Positions 23,714-37,755 are shown, counted from the whole stretch's first letter. The stretch: DNA of 63,190 bases, filler included, from Pelomyxa schiedti (GCA_020536535.1; 7 parts of 7 records of this genome joined end to end with filler, not necessarily neighbours in it), one strand, 5' to 3'. Notes: generated from the sequence alone by a model not told the origin. Program-made: numbers and translations.

Positions 23714-25040
23714 CTGCAAGCACTACCATCAGTTCTCCAAGAAAAAAAAGGAAAGAGTTTCATCTCATTGGGTGTCCCTATGAGCGAAGAGTATGAGGGT
23801 GTGAATTATCACAACCACTCAGACTCTCCTCCCTTTTATTCTCGAAAATTTAAAAGAACTTCAAACCAAAGATTTGGATTGGTATCATCCGGAACATAGC
23901 CGGAGACCTTGGTGTAGAACTCATTGACGGTTTGTCCACTTCTAACCAACCATCCGCATTAGTGTTTGACCACATGGGCAAAGCATAGCTGACACACTCG
24001 TCGGTTCTACGATGGGTGCCACCCAAATGAAGATGGTCACAAGGTTCTTGCCAGAACCTTCAGACCATGTATGATCATATTCTACCATTGATTTATTTCC
24101 ACAACAAAAAAAACACCAATCATTCTCGAGTTCCAAGAAAAAAAGAGGGGAAAATGAGGCGCGAAAACCACCACGCGGAGGACGGGCGACCCCAGCACGG
24201 CATTGTGGGAGGGGAACCCTCGGGAGTTGGTGGATGTGCTCGGTTCTACTTGTGGCTGCGCGGTAACGTTATGACAGCGGTTCGGTGCGTGCGACGGTAC
24301 CTCATTGTGGGATACCTGGCCTCGTGGATGCGAGTCAACCCACGGTCTGGCACGGGGACTGCCGGCTGGGTCCCCCGCGCTGTATGTACGACTTCTGTCT
24401 TTTCTGTGCGTGCATGCAGGCGCAAAAGTAAATTGTGGGCCTGGGTGATTTTGTCCTGGGCTTTTTTACGTTTTCACTCAAAACACCCAAAATATCACAC
24501 TCGGAATAAATAGGCATATAGAATGAATACTAGAAGTACAAGGCAAACAAAACCCCTATCTTAACTTACGGTATACTTGGCAGGCTTGTTCGTTGGTTCT
24601 GTGGCTTTCATTGGCGGAATATGATTGGATATGGTACAAGGATGATATTTCGGTTCTTTCTGAACGTCAGGTTGGTATTGCCTTTTTTTTCCCCCAATTA
24701 GAGTCCTTAGCTATAGGACCTAAAACACTGCCATCCTGTATAGGCCACTGATTTCTGGAAATATCACGGATTGTCTTTCATTTTAGTGTTTCTTTTGAGC
24801 CCACGTCTTGCACTGTAAGCCACCTTTTTCCCCAACACTTGGAATAAAAACAAATCAAGGTTTTGGCACTGTACGTTTCCCACTTATGTTTCCATGGTCC
24901 TATCGGCCTGTGAACCTTATGCTGCGGTTGTTTACCTTGGTTGGAGACGTGGATATTACACATCAAATCCAATCCTGTGGTGGGCTGGTCTTGTCTTTCA
25001 CATTGCCTTCTCTCTAGTTGCCGGCAAGTCTTCTCTTGTA

Positions 25041-25766
25041 GGTTTAATCGTGAAACCGGACGGCGTACCACCTGAAGTTATAGAAAGCTTAACCTGGATT
25101 GAACCACTGGTTATTTTTATTCATGACCACTCCATGCCACAAGTGAACATGAAAATGTTAGAGGAGATATGTCGGACGTCTACAAGAGGAAGTTGCAGAC
25201 CTCCAGAATATGAATAGATACCTTCGAGCTGACAACGAAATGCTTCAACAAATGAGCTCCTCCCAGCTTCAGACTCTCACCACCTTTATTGGCAATTGTG
25301 CGAATCGTATAGGAGAGGTATGGGCACTTCTTTCCGCTCTTTCTTAACTTGCATTCAGGTTACCCGGAGACTAGCTTCCTCTTCCCCTTCGACTTCCCGC
25401 ACCAATTCTATCCCTCCGGAACCGATCAGTTCTGGTGATTGTGTAGTGTGCATGAGCCAGTCCTCTACAGTAACCATGTTCCCTTGCCTACACTTGTGTG
25501 TATGCACTTCCTGCTTTGATATCTACTCCCGCGATTCATCCTCCTGCCCTGTATGCAAATGCGCCGTCACGCACTTTTCTTTACGGAACCAATTTGCCAA
25601 AAACGTATGCGGCAGGTCCTATGTTAGTTTACTTTCCCACTCTTTTACACAGATAACACCGGAACAATATCACTGGGAATCCATTGAAACTACGTATCAA
25701 GAACTCAAAAAAGCTGGTCTATGGGACAAGCACCAAGCAGCCCTTCAAAACAACTTCCGTCTATAA
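25041..25766 (+). CDS. RING-HC (C3HC4_3-type) zinc-finger protein, 5' exons uncertain
   Basis: CVVC..FPCLHLCVCTSC..CPVCK in ORF 25296..25766. Confidence 0.7.
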
Positions 25767-25866
25767 ATAAAGATTAAGTGCATAAGGAAATACGAATAGA
25801 AATTCACAGTTGTATTTCATTTTTTCAACACAAAAAAAAAACAACAAAGACTTCAACCTCTCTGTT

Positions 25867-28800
25867 CTATGATGAAGATGATGACTGTGTGTTCTGTTGG
25901 TGTGGATTTGGCCTTGGTAGCTTTGATTGGGGTGCTTGTGGGTTGGCATCAACAATTGCACAGTCTGTTGCCGTTGATTGTGGTGAATAGTGTAGTGGTG
26001 GAGTTGTGTTGCTTCCGTTGTTGTTGTTGTGTGATGGGATGGTGGGTGCGGCATGCAGGTGGTTGCTGCTGTTGTTGTTGCCGGTGTTGTTGGGGAGTGT
26101 GGGTGTTGCTGATGACATTGGTACATCGCATGGCGTTGTTGTGGGCGTGGTTGTAGCTCGGGGTGTGGGTGCTAATGGGAATGTAGGGGGTGAATGTGTG
26201 GGAGAAGGGCTTGCTAGTGGGGGGTCGGGAGGGCGCCGGTCGTAGTCATCTTCGTAGGTAGAGTGGAAACCGGACAGTAGCTTGGACATAAAGACGGAGA
26301 ACACCTCAAATTCTGGACGGGAGCTTGGATCGGCATTCCAACACTTGGGAAGAGGTAAGTGTGAGAAAGTATGGGGATTGCTACTTCCATGCCTTTTCTA
26401 ACAGTGCCCACAGGTTATCTGGGCAAGTATCCGGCTTTGGTAGCCTCTTGCCTGACAAAACGTACTGATACACATCGCAATTCCTCAATAAATCGCTGTA
26501 GGGATGTCTCCCAAACGTGAGTAGTTCCCATACAACCTCGTATCGAGATAAGTGTGTCAAACATTGTAGAGTTACTCCATACCACACCAAAGCTCCAGAC
26601 ATCAGATTTAGTTGTTGATAATCCTTGGGTCAGGGTCTCCAATGAGCACCACCTCACAGATACTTCGTTTTGGGAGGGAACACAAGTACTAGACCCGTTT
26701 TTATACATAACGCTCAGTCCAAAATCTGCAATCTTTTCCTGGGTGAGGCACTTAGAAAGGGCCACAAGTGTACTTTGATGTTGTAGCCACAGGAACTGGT
26801 GATGTACAGTAAATTCCTAGCAGCTAGGTCTCTGTGTATCACGTTGTGCTCCGAGAGGTAAGTCATCCCTTCAGCAACATCACTGTGTTGATTAGGGGCA
26901 AGGAGGGAAACCTGGGGAATTACCGAATAAATTCCATAATTGTGCTAACAGCCAATTCTTCGGTTCGCAGAAGCGGCAGAACGCAACCATCAGCAAGTTC
27001 TGCAGATTTTAGTAACACCCCAGAATTTTAATGTCAGACCTGTAACCAAAGCGAATTTTCCATCAATCGTGGTTATTCCATAAAACTGTGTACAGTAAGA
27101 CTCGACGTGAGGATGAACACACATTCACCTGGAGAATATTGGGATGGTTCAGAGAGTTTAAAATAGCAGCTTCTTGCCGAAGCTGGTTGATATTGCAAGC
27201 TTTGTTGACTTGTTTAATTGCCACGGACGTTGTGCCTTGCCAGCATCCTCGATAAACCTATTTTGTTTGAGGATGATTTAATAAACGCATACATGGAGTG
27301 TAGATTTACCACTCCATAAGCTCCTCTGCCTATTACTTCTTTTGCCAATACGTCATCTAGAATCTGGTTAAATACAAAGCATGACGTCTTAAGTCGGAGC
27401 TTTTCTAAGGCAAGGGAAGAGAGTCCAATTGGTGCAACTTTTTCACTGAAATGATTTAGTGGTGAGTCGACTCACTCAATACAAACTTGAAGCGGTAAAA
27501 CAGATCAAAGGACGTTATTTTCTTGCTTTCAAAAAGCGCAACGTACTGGCTAAGGCCAAAATTGCTTAGGAGCTCGCTTAATTCTGGTGACACTGATTTC
27601 TGTAAAGTTTAATGGGGCTTGCAGAGTTATTCAGAGACATACCACAAGTGGAGTTGCAAGAAAATCACTTGGTGTGTGTGAAGGCTTGTATGGCGCAGGC
27701 GGAAACAAGCTCAACTTAAGAGAGGTGAATTATGTTTATGATAATGGTTACGTACTGCTACAGTAAGTTTGAGGAGAGCGCGTTTCCTCAGGGTGTATTC
27801 ACTTGTTTGCTTTAGAGCACCTCCAACAGAATCAGATAACATTTCCACGAGCTCAATAACACCAGGAGACAAACGATTCGCAGTTTTATCTGCAATCTAA
27901 ACTATAAGAGAAAGAAAATGTGGAGATTGGACAACCTGAATGAGACCAAATGCAGAGCCGTCCACTTTTATTTGTGACATCAGGAGGGAAGAGAATCCCT
28001 CTCTCAAGCACTCTCCACGAATTGGACAAGCTGTATTCTGCATCTACTTGTTTGGTGAAAAAAAAATACAAGAATGGACGCTTGCCTCTGAAATTCGGGG
28101 AGCCACACTATTTGCCAGATCATTAGTCATAAAAGATCCCTTTCTAGTATACCAAGGCAAGTTAGGATCACTAATGCCTAGGATAACATTGCCACACCTA
28201 GAGATATTGTTTTATTACTTTTTGGAACGGTGTTTTGGAACTAATACTGGCAGTCAAAGGCGTATGGATATTTCGAAGCCCCTTTTTTGTTTTTCTCTTT
28301 TAGGGAAAAGAATGACGGCAAGTAAATAATGTACCTTGTGCAAGTACTTTTTTCCCCTCAATACACCGTACAAGGGAATTTTCTTTCCTGAACTCAGTTA
28401 GGCTCTCACTCAAATGTGATGATTAGTGTTTTAATACCTTAAAAACTCCGTGGAGTAGCCTTCGTGATAATAATATGGAAAATCTCCAGTCCCCTGGTCG
28501 GCCAGACGAATTCCAACAGTAGTACATCCCTAGAGCTGTGAGAATTGTGTCGTTTAAAAGGGGGTTACCGTGTCTCGTTTCAACATTGATATAAAAGTTT
28601 TCATGGTCGAGTCCAATGAAGTTGCTGTTTGTTGCAGCTGCCAGTCATTGATTAAAAAAAAAAAAACCAAGAACTGAGAAAAGGTACAATGTTGAGGTAT
28701 TCCTTAATTCTTCTTTCTTGGCGTAACAGCTCTCTCAGCCTCACAACGTCATTCAGGTCCTCTGTAAACACAAATGAGTCTTTCAGAAAGCTTGATATGA

Positions 28801-29142
28801 TTTGAAACCGATATCATTCATGGGGCGTGGTGCCACAGGAGCTGAAGTAGAATCGACACCCCGAGATGACGCTGCACAGGAGCAGTCAAAAGCGAGGCAA
28901 GACGCCAATGTGGGCGCGGCCGATGACATTGTCTCCCCGTTTACATCGGTCGCCGAAGTAGAGACATCAACAGGAACGTCGCTCGTACTCGGTTTTGAGG
29001 AACGACTCGCTGTAGATCTCACGTGGTTTACGTAAACCATTGACGACGAAGATGATGAGGGCGGCGGTGCCGACGGCAACGCCAACGATGTCGATGCTGT
29101 TGATGACGAGGAAATCGCCGATGATGGGGATCTTGACGCCAT
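25867..29142 (-). CDS. Tyrosine kinase / TKL-type protein kinase with low-complexity N- and C-terminal tails
   Basis: Exons encode IGRGAYG, VAIKQ, HPNIL, IHRDLAARNL (~26812-26840), KIADFGLS, VRWCSLE, KSDVWSFGVV and RLPKPDTCP. Ser-rich N-terminus (ATG 29142) and Pro/Asn/Thr-rich C-terminus. The gene extent is inferred. Confidence 0.75.
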
Positions 29143-29569
29143 GCAAAAACTACTCAAAACACCTGCAACTACCTCGCTGTTTGAAAGTACACCGTACACC
29201 GCACCCCTGTTGTGTGTTCCTGTTTATTTTTTTTTTGTAATTTGAGTTTTTTTGCCGGGACACAAACAAGAGTCGCGCAGGGGAGGGCCATCATCGGACT
29301 TAGTTTTATTTACATTCTGTAACCGAGAATGTTGTAGTAATTTTTGTTTACCTTGTCTTGATGAGCGTGCGTATATGAATACGTCTTTTCCTTGCACGTT
29401 ACCCTAACAGCGTTCTTCTTGTTTGTTTTTAAATTTTTTTGATGTTCGTTGTATTTTTGGAGCATATGTCCAGATCACGCAACTGCAATAGCCTTGGAAT
29501 TGTGGTTGCGAGAGTCGTATTTACAGACTATGTTGAGTCATTGATAGTGCCGAGTGTAAGTAAGTAAGG

Positions 29570-32500
29570 TTAGTGCGTGGAACGTGGGGATACGGATGTG
29601 CTCGTTGGTGTGGTGTTGGTGTTGTTGGGTGTGTTGGGTGTTGTTGTTGCCGGAGGTTGTGGTTGCCTTTGTCGGGTGGAGGCTGCAACAAAGGTTCTGA
29701 TGGAATCCGGTCCCCCGTTTTGTTGTAAAAACGGGTGCTGCGAGATAGTGAGTAGGAAGATAGTGGTTGCAAAGAGTGGTACCAGCAACATGGAAATGGC
29801 ATCGGGTCTTTTGTCCATCTCTCGCGTTAGGCATTTGGAGACAAAGTCAACCAAGTCTTTATGCCAGAAGTGCGGCTTGGCAAGTCTTGGCGGTGCTCGG
29901 TCTATTGCCGCGATTAACAGATCAAAAGAGCACATCTGCATATTTGGCGGTGATCCCTCCGCCATCTCAATCACTGTGATACCCAGGCTCCAGATATCAG
30001 TCTGTAAAAAAGTCAGTACAAGAAGCCCAACATTACATTGCACCTTGGAATTGTAGTTGGATTTTCGGAGAACCTCCGGTGACATATACAATGGGCTTCC
30101 AACAAAGTCCGCAGCTGTGATGCTCCTCATGTCTTGGTATTGCTGTGAAAGACCAAAGTCGGCTATGGGTACAAGATGTCAGAACTAAAAAGAAAGGGAG
30201 ATACTTTACCGATTTTTACTTGTCCTTCTTCAGTCACAAGTATGTTTCCAGCCTTTATTTTTGGTTAACAAGTAATACTGAATTGACAGAGGTACTTTGA
30301 TGTCGTGATGAATGACGTTGATGGAGTGAAGGTGTACTAAGCCTTTCAATGTTTCACAACACACAAAGGCCAGTTGGGGCTCTGATAGTGTATCCATTGC
30401 TGCCTTCGTCATATCTTTAACTGAACCCCCTCCACAGTGTTCCATCATGATCTTAAAAGGTCATTTTGGAGAATGGAAGAGAAAGCTCACCCATAAATCT
30501 GATCCAGATACCATGGAACCAAAGTAGGATACGATTTGTGGTGATCTTGTGAGATCAGAATGCCATTTTTTCGAAAAAGGAGGAGTACCTGCATTTCTTC
30601 AATACATCTATCTCTGACTGCAACTCCTTTATATGTTCCAGGTTTCCAGCTATTGGTAGAACCTTAATTGCCATGACATATCCTAAAAGAATTGAGTTAT
30701 ACAGATTGTGGTGCTTCCTACCTGATTCTCTGTGCCTAGCTTTGTGCACTGTCGCATATGCCCTTTTAAAGTTAGTAGTGGCCACATTTATCATTAATTG
30801 ATACTACCCTTTGCCTAACTCGTATTGAAGTTCGAACAAACTCATTGGATCACCAACCCATTGGAGATTTACATCTAGGCTTTGCTTATGTATGACGTTA
30901 AAAGGTACACCAACACATTGCCCACGTATTGCCGCAGACCACTCCTGATAACAGTTACGAAACGGGTGAACTCGTTTCCATTTTCAAAGGTTTGGAAGAA
31001 CCTTTAAGGAACCACCAGTTTCTGGGTGATAGAGGGAATACAAGCCACCATGTGTAGCAATTTGTACCTGAGCACGCTCCTCTTCGTCAACATCATAAAA
31101 AGTGACCTACATTTCGTAGGTATAACCAACGATGGACAATCACACACCTGAGAATGATAAAGATCGAAAAAGCCAAGAGGGCTGAGATCACCAGGAGCTG
31201 TCATGTAGTAAAGCCGATGTCCACTAAGCTTGAAGTATCTGTGCAATAAGCACATGAAATCGCTGCTACCATTGTACCTCTTTTTTATCTTCGAGAGTGC
31301 TAAACCTCTTCTGTGCTTCTTTTTGAGTAACCAGCCTTCTTGCAGTACAAGAGTTACTCCGTGCGATTCCTATTTGTGGTTGTTGACTTTATCACACTAA
31401 ACAGCGTACGTCAGTGAATAGTTCACCAAGCAGTGCTTTCATTCCAGCTTTCCATTCCTGGGATTAAGTGTTTAATTGCGAAAATCTTCAGGTTGAAGTA
31501 CCAAAAAGGAAGATTCCGATTCTATTGTAAAGGAAAACGAGTCAGAGAAAGTGCTAAAATGAAGTTCCCGGCTTTCGTCGTTGAAGGAGATTTGCGCAGC
31601 AAAAAGATCGATTTCTGATGATGGTTCATGGTCCTATCAAGTTAAGCCTATGCAAGGTAATTTGAACACTTACAGCCGGACTATCAAAAAGGTATATGTT
31701 GGGTGAAGACAAAACTGCCCACCTTGCGATGAAGTAAGTCCCTATTTTGATTTTGCTGTGCATACTTGCGTGTGCCAGTCGAAACAGAAGACACCAAACT
31801 TTTTTGCTTTTTGATCACGAAACTTGAGAACACTGGTTTTTTTACCTAATACAATTTAGTGGCACTTGGGAGCCACCACTTACTCCACAGGGCTGTTCAG
31901 GGTTTCCTCGAAAGATTGCTGATTGCCAACTCTGCCAGTTGTTATATTAAACATGATAGGATCGCGGTTACTCGAGCAGAACATTCGTCTTCTGCGTCAA
32001 AGTAATAAATAACACCAGACGACAATTCCACAGTAAAACGCTTTCGTTCTTTTGGGATCTGTCCATCCATTAAAAAAGCGTTAATCAAGAAAAGAAAAGA
32101 AATCACAGCTCACTGGGTTGTCAAAATGGAATTGAACGCATGTATGCTCCAGGTTCAGTTTCCCAACAGCTTCTTGGTCCTTCAGTAAGTTAAAACTAGA
32201 AGACCTTCAATGGGTATACCCTGGGGTCTGCAAAATAGTATATGGCATTATTGTTCAGTACACACCACCTTAATTTTCTAGTTAGAGGTGTTTAATTGAT
32301 TGAACTAACCTCATTTGGGGAACAGTGAGCTTGTTGGTAGATTTTTTATGTTTCACAAGGTAGCCAGACTTGATTGCAGTGCGGTGAAGAAGACTTACGT
32401 TCTCAATATTCTTTGGTGTCATTGCACCCTGGTATAGTGCCGTAACCTTTCCTGTGTCTTCAGCTATCATTTTAACTGTCTCCTGGAACTTACTATTAAA

Positions 32501-34648
32501 CCACGCGTTATCTCATTTTATGAAACCGTGTGGAAGAGACCACATGATCCTAGTTGTGAATTAGGGTCGAGAATCCTGTCAATGCAGTGAAAATTAAACG
32601 TGCATCTCATAAGACCTTTGAAGTCTCAATAAAAAGTAAGAATGGTGGTTGCTTACTTGGATTCAACATTTGTTGTTTGCACATTTCAATTGCATCTCTT
32701 ACGAGCATGACTTTGGAGAATCGTTTCATTTGCGTAATCTCTGTATTGTCTGTGTTGACAGTAACACGAAGGATAAGGACATTGTTGTCGTTGCTAAGGC
32801 TGCGACTGTGTGGATTGGACCCTCGTTTTGTTGGTGAATGTGGAAGTGTAATGTTCGAATGAGATTCAACAGTTTGATTATGGGGAATTCCAGTTCCTGC
32901 GATTGATTTAATGTGGTAAAGATATTAAAAAGACATACCATCAGAAGCACCCTGGTTATCACTTGCCTCGTCTTGTCCCGCTTTCAGTGCAAGTGACAAA
33001 ATTGGTAGTGAGGGTTCTTGGTTACTACCCTGAGACAAGCAGGGGGATGGAGAAGGAGATTGGAGAATAGCAAATAGATCCATGTCGTCAGGACCATTAG
33101 ATGCCGGGAGAGAAGTAAGCGTGGGAGACCGTGGAGGTTCAGTTAATGGTGTTAGAGAGGAACGAAACACAGGGGAGGTGGGTCGTTGATGACCTATACA
33201 AGGTTGGGGTGGTAGTGGAGCCGGCATAGTGGGAAGAGGGAGCTCACAAGTTGCTGGTATGGAAGACATGGAAACGTGTAGTAAAGGTGGCGGAGTGACG
33301 ATTTGATGAAGTGGTGCAGGCACGTAGGGTGGGTTTGTTAAAAGTGGATGTGAAGAGGGGGATGGTGAACGTTCTGGTGATTGGTCCCGAACATTACATT
33401 GCGGCGGACAGGAGCAATCATTACTGATGCCAGAAACAGAGAAACTATGGCACGACTTCGAACGTCCAGCTTTATTGAAAGATTAGTGGCTTGTGTAGTG
33501 ATAAGATAATACATAAGCGACGATCTATTACGTCACTGCCTGTCTTAAATTGTGGGGGTTGTTGGGTATCTTCCGTATTTTGCATGGGGATGTTACCTTG
33601 AGTATTGTGGTGTTGTGTTAGTCCGGTATTTTGGGTGTTGTCCACTGGAGGCTGAGTAATTGCAGAAGTAGTTAACTGCGTTGGGGTTATAATATTTGTA
33701 ATAATATTCGGGACATACCTTGCTCCTGGATGAACCTATTGCCATTGTATGTGACCCAAAGCATGGCATTGTGTTTACAGTGAAATTTGGCTGACATGCT
33801 TGAAAGAGCCGCGGGAATGGGGACATTGGTGGAGAGTCTGGTGGAGAAGTAGTAGGCGAAGATATAGGAGATGTCTGAGGGGAGGTCCAAGGTGATTGGG
33901 TCGGGGAAACTGGTGCGCTATGTGGGGCTTGTGTAGTTAGGGAACCGCTTGACCTGGGGGAAAAAAGCAAAAGTCAAGAAATAAGGTTTCGCATTCCATA
34001 TTGTTTGTAGTTAAAGAAAAAAAAAAAAGAAAGATAGAAAGGGGAGAGGCATATAGATAGATGGATAGATAAATAAATAGAGAGAGAGAGAGAGAGCACA
34101 CACAGGGAAGCCCGTCTGTGACCCGATGCCAGGCAGCCGACGCCACCACACCCCCCGCCCCCCCGTGCCGACGACGCCGACGCAAACAGCAGCGTGCTTG
34201 TGGTCGTCGTCGCCGCCGTGGATTTCCTGTTGGATCCTCCCGATGCACCCGACGTTGCCTGCGCGGCGTTTTCTGTGGTTGTGGTTGTGGCCGTCGTCCC
34301 CGTAGCCGTAGCCGTCGCCGTTGCGGTGGCACAACCGACGACGATGGCGGTGGTGCTGCTGCTGCTGCCGCGAGTGGCGGTCGCGTGCGCCGAGGAGGAG
34401 GACGACGACGCGACCGGCGACGGCGTGGGGGATCTGCACATCGCGAGGAACGAGTGGCCGTGTGTGTGCATTGGTGGATCGCCGTCGTTGTTGTTGTTGT
34501 TGTGCTTCCCGCCACCGCGCTGGTCTACGTCGCCGCCGAGAGAGGAGACACAAAGGGGATCTTGACAACCACCGTTCGCCGTCGTAGTCGTCGTGCATGG
34601 TTGTGGCTCTGCCGCCGTCGTTGTTCGTTGATGTTGCCACATTTGCAT
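29570..34648 (-). CDS. STE20 (MST/PAK-like) Ser/Thr kinase preceded by several PH-like domains, a degenerate CRIB motif and a long Ser/Pro/Thr-rich N-terminus
   Basis: Kinase exons: ELGKG|AYATV, MAIKVL, EIDVLKKC, MEHCGGGSVKD, IHHDIK|AGNIL, ADFGLS, GSPLYMSPEV, DIWSLGITVIEMAEG. PH-like starts KSGYLVK and QEGWLLKK. CRIB-like VGVPFNVIHKQSLD (~30870-30915). Linkage of the 5' exons is less certain. Confidence 0.75.
34051..34096. repeat. (ATAG)n/(AG)n microsatellite inside a probable intron
   Basis: atatagatagatggatagataaataaatagagagagagagagagag. Confidence 0.7.
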
Positions 34649-35153
34649 GTCGCTCGTTCTTGTTTGTTGGTTTTCGGCGAGTACGCGGAAAATCGGTTCA
34701 AGGACTGGATGACGGCGGAATTGGTGTTACCTCTGAGGTATATCATGTATCGCATGCCATTTACTGCTAATGTTGTGTTGCTCCGTGAGATTTGATGTAG
34801 TGGGTGTGTCACCTCAGTGAGATTTGATGACCTCTGTTTCCTTATACGAGAAAATGCCACGGCTGAGGAAAAAGGGGCTTTCCTTCAATCCTTGGAAAAA
34901 ACAAAGTTGGCGGACCTGATTTGGTGATATTCCGCATGTTCAGGTAACCTAACGTGCCTGGACATTTCCAAAGAAGGAAGAGGAAGTGGATTGGGAAGTG
35001 GCTGTTCTTGGTTTTTTTTGTGAATCGGTTATGGTGCGAAAGGGACTGTAACACAAGAAGCAACGGTTGATTACACACTCCCTTTTCAACCAACAAAACC
35101 CCGCAACACAAAACAACCAACAATTCTTGACCAGCTGTTGCAAGCGCTTCTGA

Positions 35154-37755
35154 ATGACAGGCACTCCGTCAGCATCCCACCTAGACCTGCCACCAGGAGG
35201 ACACATCAAAGTAGCCATTGTGGGAGGTCCAGAGGACACCGAGACTGTGATGGAGCCACCCAGAGCCAGGCACTTCACAGTTGACGGNNNNNNNNNNNNN
35301 NNNNNNNNNNNNNNNNNNNNNNNNNNNNNNNNNNNNNNNNNNNNNNNNNNNNNNNNNNNNNNNNNNNNNNNNNNNNNNNNNNNNNNNCGTCAGCATCCCA
35401 CCTAGACCTGCCACCAGGAGGACACATCAAAGTAGCCATTGTGGGAGGTCCAGAGGACACCGAGACTGTGATGGAGCCACCCAGAGCCAGGCACTTCACA
35501 GTTGACGGAAACGAAGCCTCTTTGCACTTCCTGAGGAGCTACATCAAGAACGGCAGGGTATGTTCCTAACCCCTTCGCCAAAGTCTTCTCTAACCCCGCC
35601 ATTCCTTTTTCCCTGATAGGATTCCGCACTTGCCAAGGAGAACATGGAGCCAGATCACACACCATCACTAGCGGGAGTGTATCTGAAGCAATTCCTGAAA
35701 AGGGAGCGGAACCTGGAGTGCGAGGTTCTTCACCGATACCAGCCCTTCAAACCCCAGGAGCTCGTTGATTTGGTCCAGGGTGCTTCCCTGCTTCTCGTCA
35801 GCACTACCGTGATGACGTCCTGGGACTTCCCCGAAAAAATCGCAGCAGCGGCCAAGGCAGCGAATCCGCAGTTGACAGTGATCGCCGGCGGAGTGGGCAT
35901 CTACAAGTGCGTAATGTGTTCCTCCTTGACATAATGCCATTTAGATCGTATTATAAATAAGTTCAGAGGCAGGGTGTTGGTTTTGGTTTTGTTTTTTATA
36001 TAGTGTGAAGAAATTCTGAAATACACTCACAGGAAGTACCATGCCATGAGGAAATTGGAATCTGGGGCCCTGGGCCTCGGCGAGTTCGAGGCTTCAGTGC
36101 TCAGAAAGAGGAACAAAGTGTTCATGCTTCCCACAATTGACTCGGCGTTTGACTTCCTCATCATAAGTGCTGCTGGTGAGAGGACTTTACTCAGCCTGAT
36201 AGATTCTTTGGTTGATGTATGTGACACATATCCACCCATAATTCCCTCTGAAGAATTTCTGACTCTTTTCTTTTTTTGTCCCACAGGGAGGTGATGCTTG
36301 GAAAACAATGCCAAATGTTTGTTGGTACGATAAGGACATTCAAAATTTCCACGTCAACCAAAGTGAGTTTCCCAAAACCTCCCAATAACTCGCTTAATAT
36401 GAGTAAAATAGTTGTTGAAGAACTGGGGAATGATGTTTATGTTGATTGGTCTCAAGAGAAACTGCCCACTGGAGTGGTGTATCCCGTTCAAGTCAGCCAA
36501 GGATGTCCTTTCAGGTAATTCCACACCAATGCATCAATCCAAACCCGGCATTGATATTTCCATACAGGTGTGGATTCTGTGACTTCGCGGCAATCGCACC
36601 AAAGATAAGGCAGGCCCCTCTCAGCGTTGTGATTGAAATGTTGGAACACATCCCACTGGAGGACGGCAAGAGGAATGTGAGTTGTTTTCCTAGTCTCAAC
36701 TTCCTGTTCAATGCAATTTCTCACTCGAATCAAACCGAATCAGGTTTACTTCACAAACGAGAACTTGTTGTACAACCACAAGTGGACATTGGAGTTCTTG
36801 AACGAGGTCATAAAAAGAGACCTCAAGCTCAACTGGCGCTCATTCCTCAGGCCTGCACCACCCACGCAAAAATGTACCAGTCTAGTCATCTAATTCCACG
36901 CAGGATTGATAGCATTCAGGAGCCGGAGATTGCTGATCTTGTGAAACGTTCGGGCTGTGCTGTGGTCTTGCTCGGTGTTGAGAGTGCAAGCCCCATCATT
37001 CTTTCGAACATGAACAAGCACTGCACCTCTGAGGTATCCCGATATTTTCCCCTTTGAACCTTCCACTCACAAGAATAGAAAATTATGAACTGCATTTCTC
37101 TATTGTTGAACCGTGGGATTATGGCCCATATTAGCCTCATTGTTGGTTACCCTGGGGAAACAGAAGAAACCCTGGCCAATACTATTGCACTTCTTAACAG
37201 TTTACCAGACACCGGAATTGTTCTTGTCAAGGTTGTTTCCCCGTCCCTAACAAAAACTACCACCCAATCTTCCCGTGGAATTTCCCTCACAATATCACCC
37301 AGATATTTGACCTGTTTGTGCTGCCCATGTCACCGCTGTCAACACCCCAAGAGCGGGCCCGTCACGGGCTCCAAGGATTCGGCAACATGTGGCGCCACTC
37401 AACGATGGATAGTGATACTGCCCGCAGGCTCACGGCAGAGTCCTATGATAAGTTCAAGATCAACTTTGTTGGTGGCAGCCTGGAGGAAAGGGTCATATCG
37501 CACAAATTCACTGATGAACAGCTCAGGGACTTTTTCCTCACAAGAAACATTGTATGTTAACCGTTGATTCATTAGTGGCCAATATCCAACTGCACACATA
37601 TTTACAATTTACTAGACCTACATAATACTAATTTCATTCCTAACAACATTCAGCTCTACAGGCGCCAGGCCAATTTGCCCATACCAGGAGGGGATACATA
37701 TGGACCAACTGAGCAATTATTTGAGCACCTGTTGGAGTTGGTTGCTGTCTCCTAG
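35154..37755 (+). CDS. Cobalamin (B12)-binding-domain radical SAM protein (class-B-like architecture), multi-exon
   Basis: N-terminal B12-binding-like region (PSLAGVYLKQFL..VSTT..VIAGGVG). The motif VQVSQGCPF-R-CGFCDF (CxxxCxxC) is split by intron 36515-36567. Also LLGVESASPIILSNMNK, SLIVGYPGETEETL, and VLPMSPL..GLQGFGNMWRHSTMDS. Stop TAG at 37753-37755. Confidence 0.85.
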
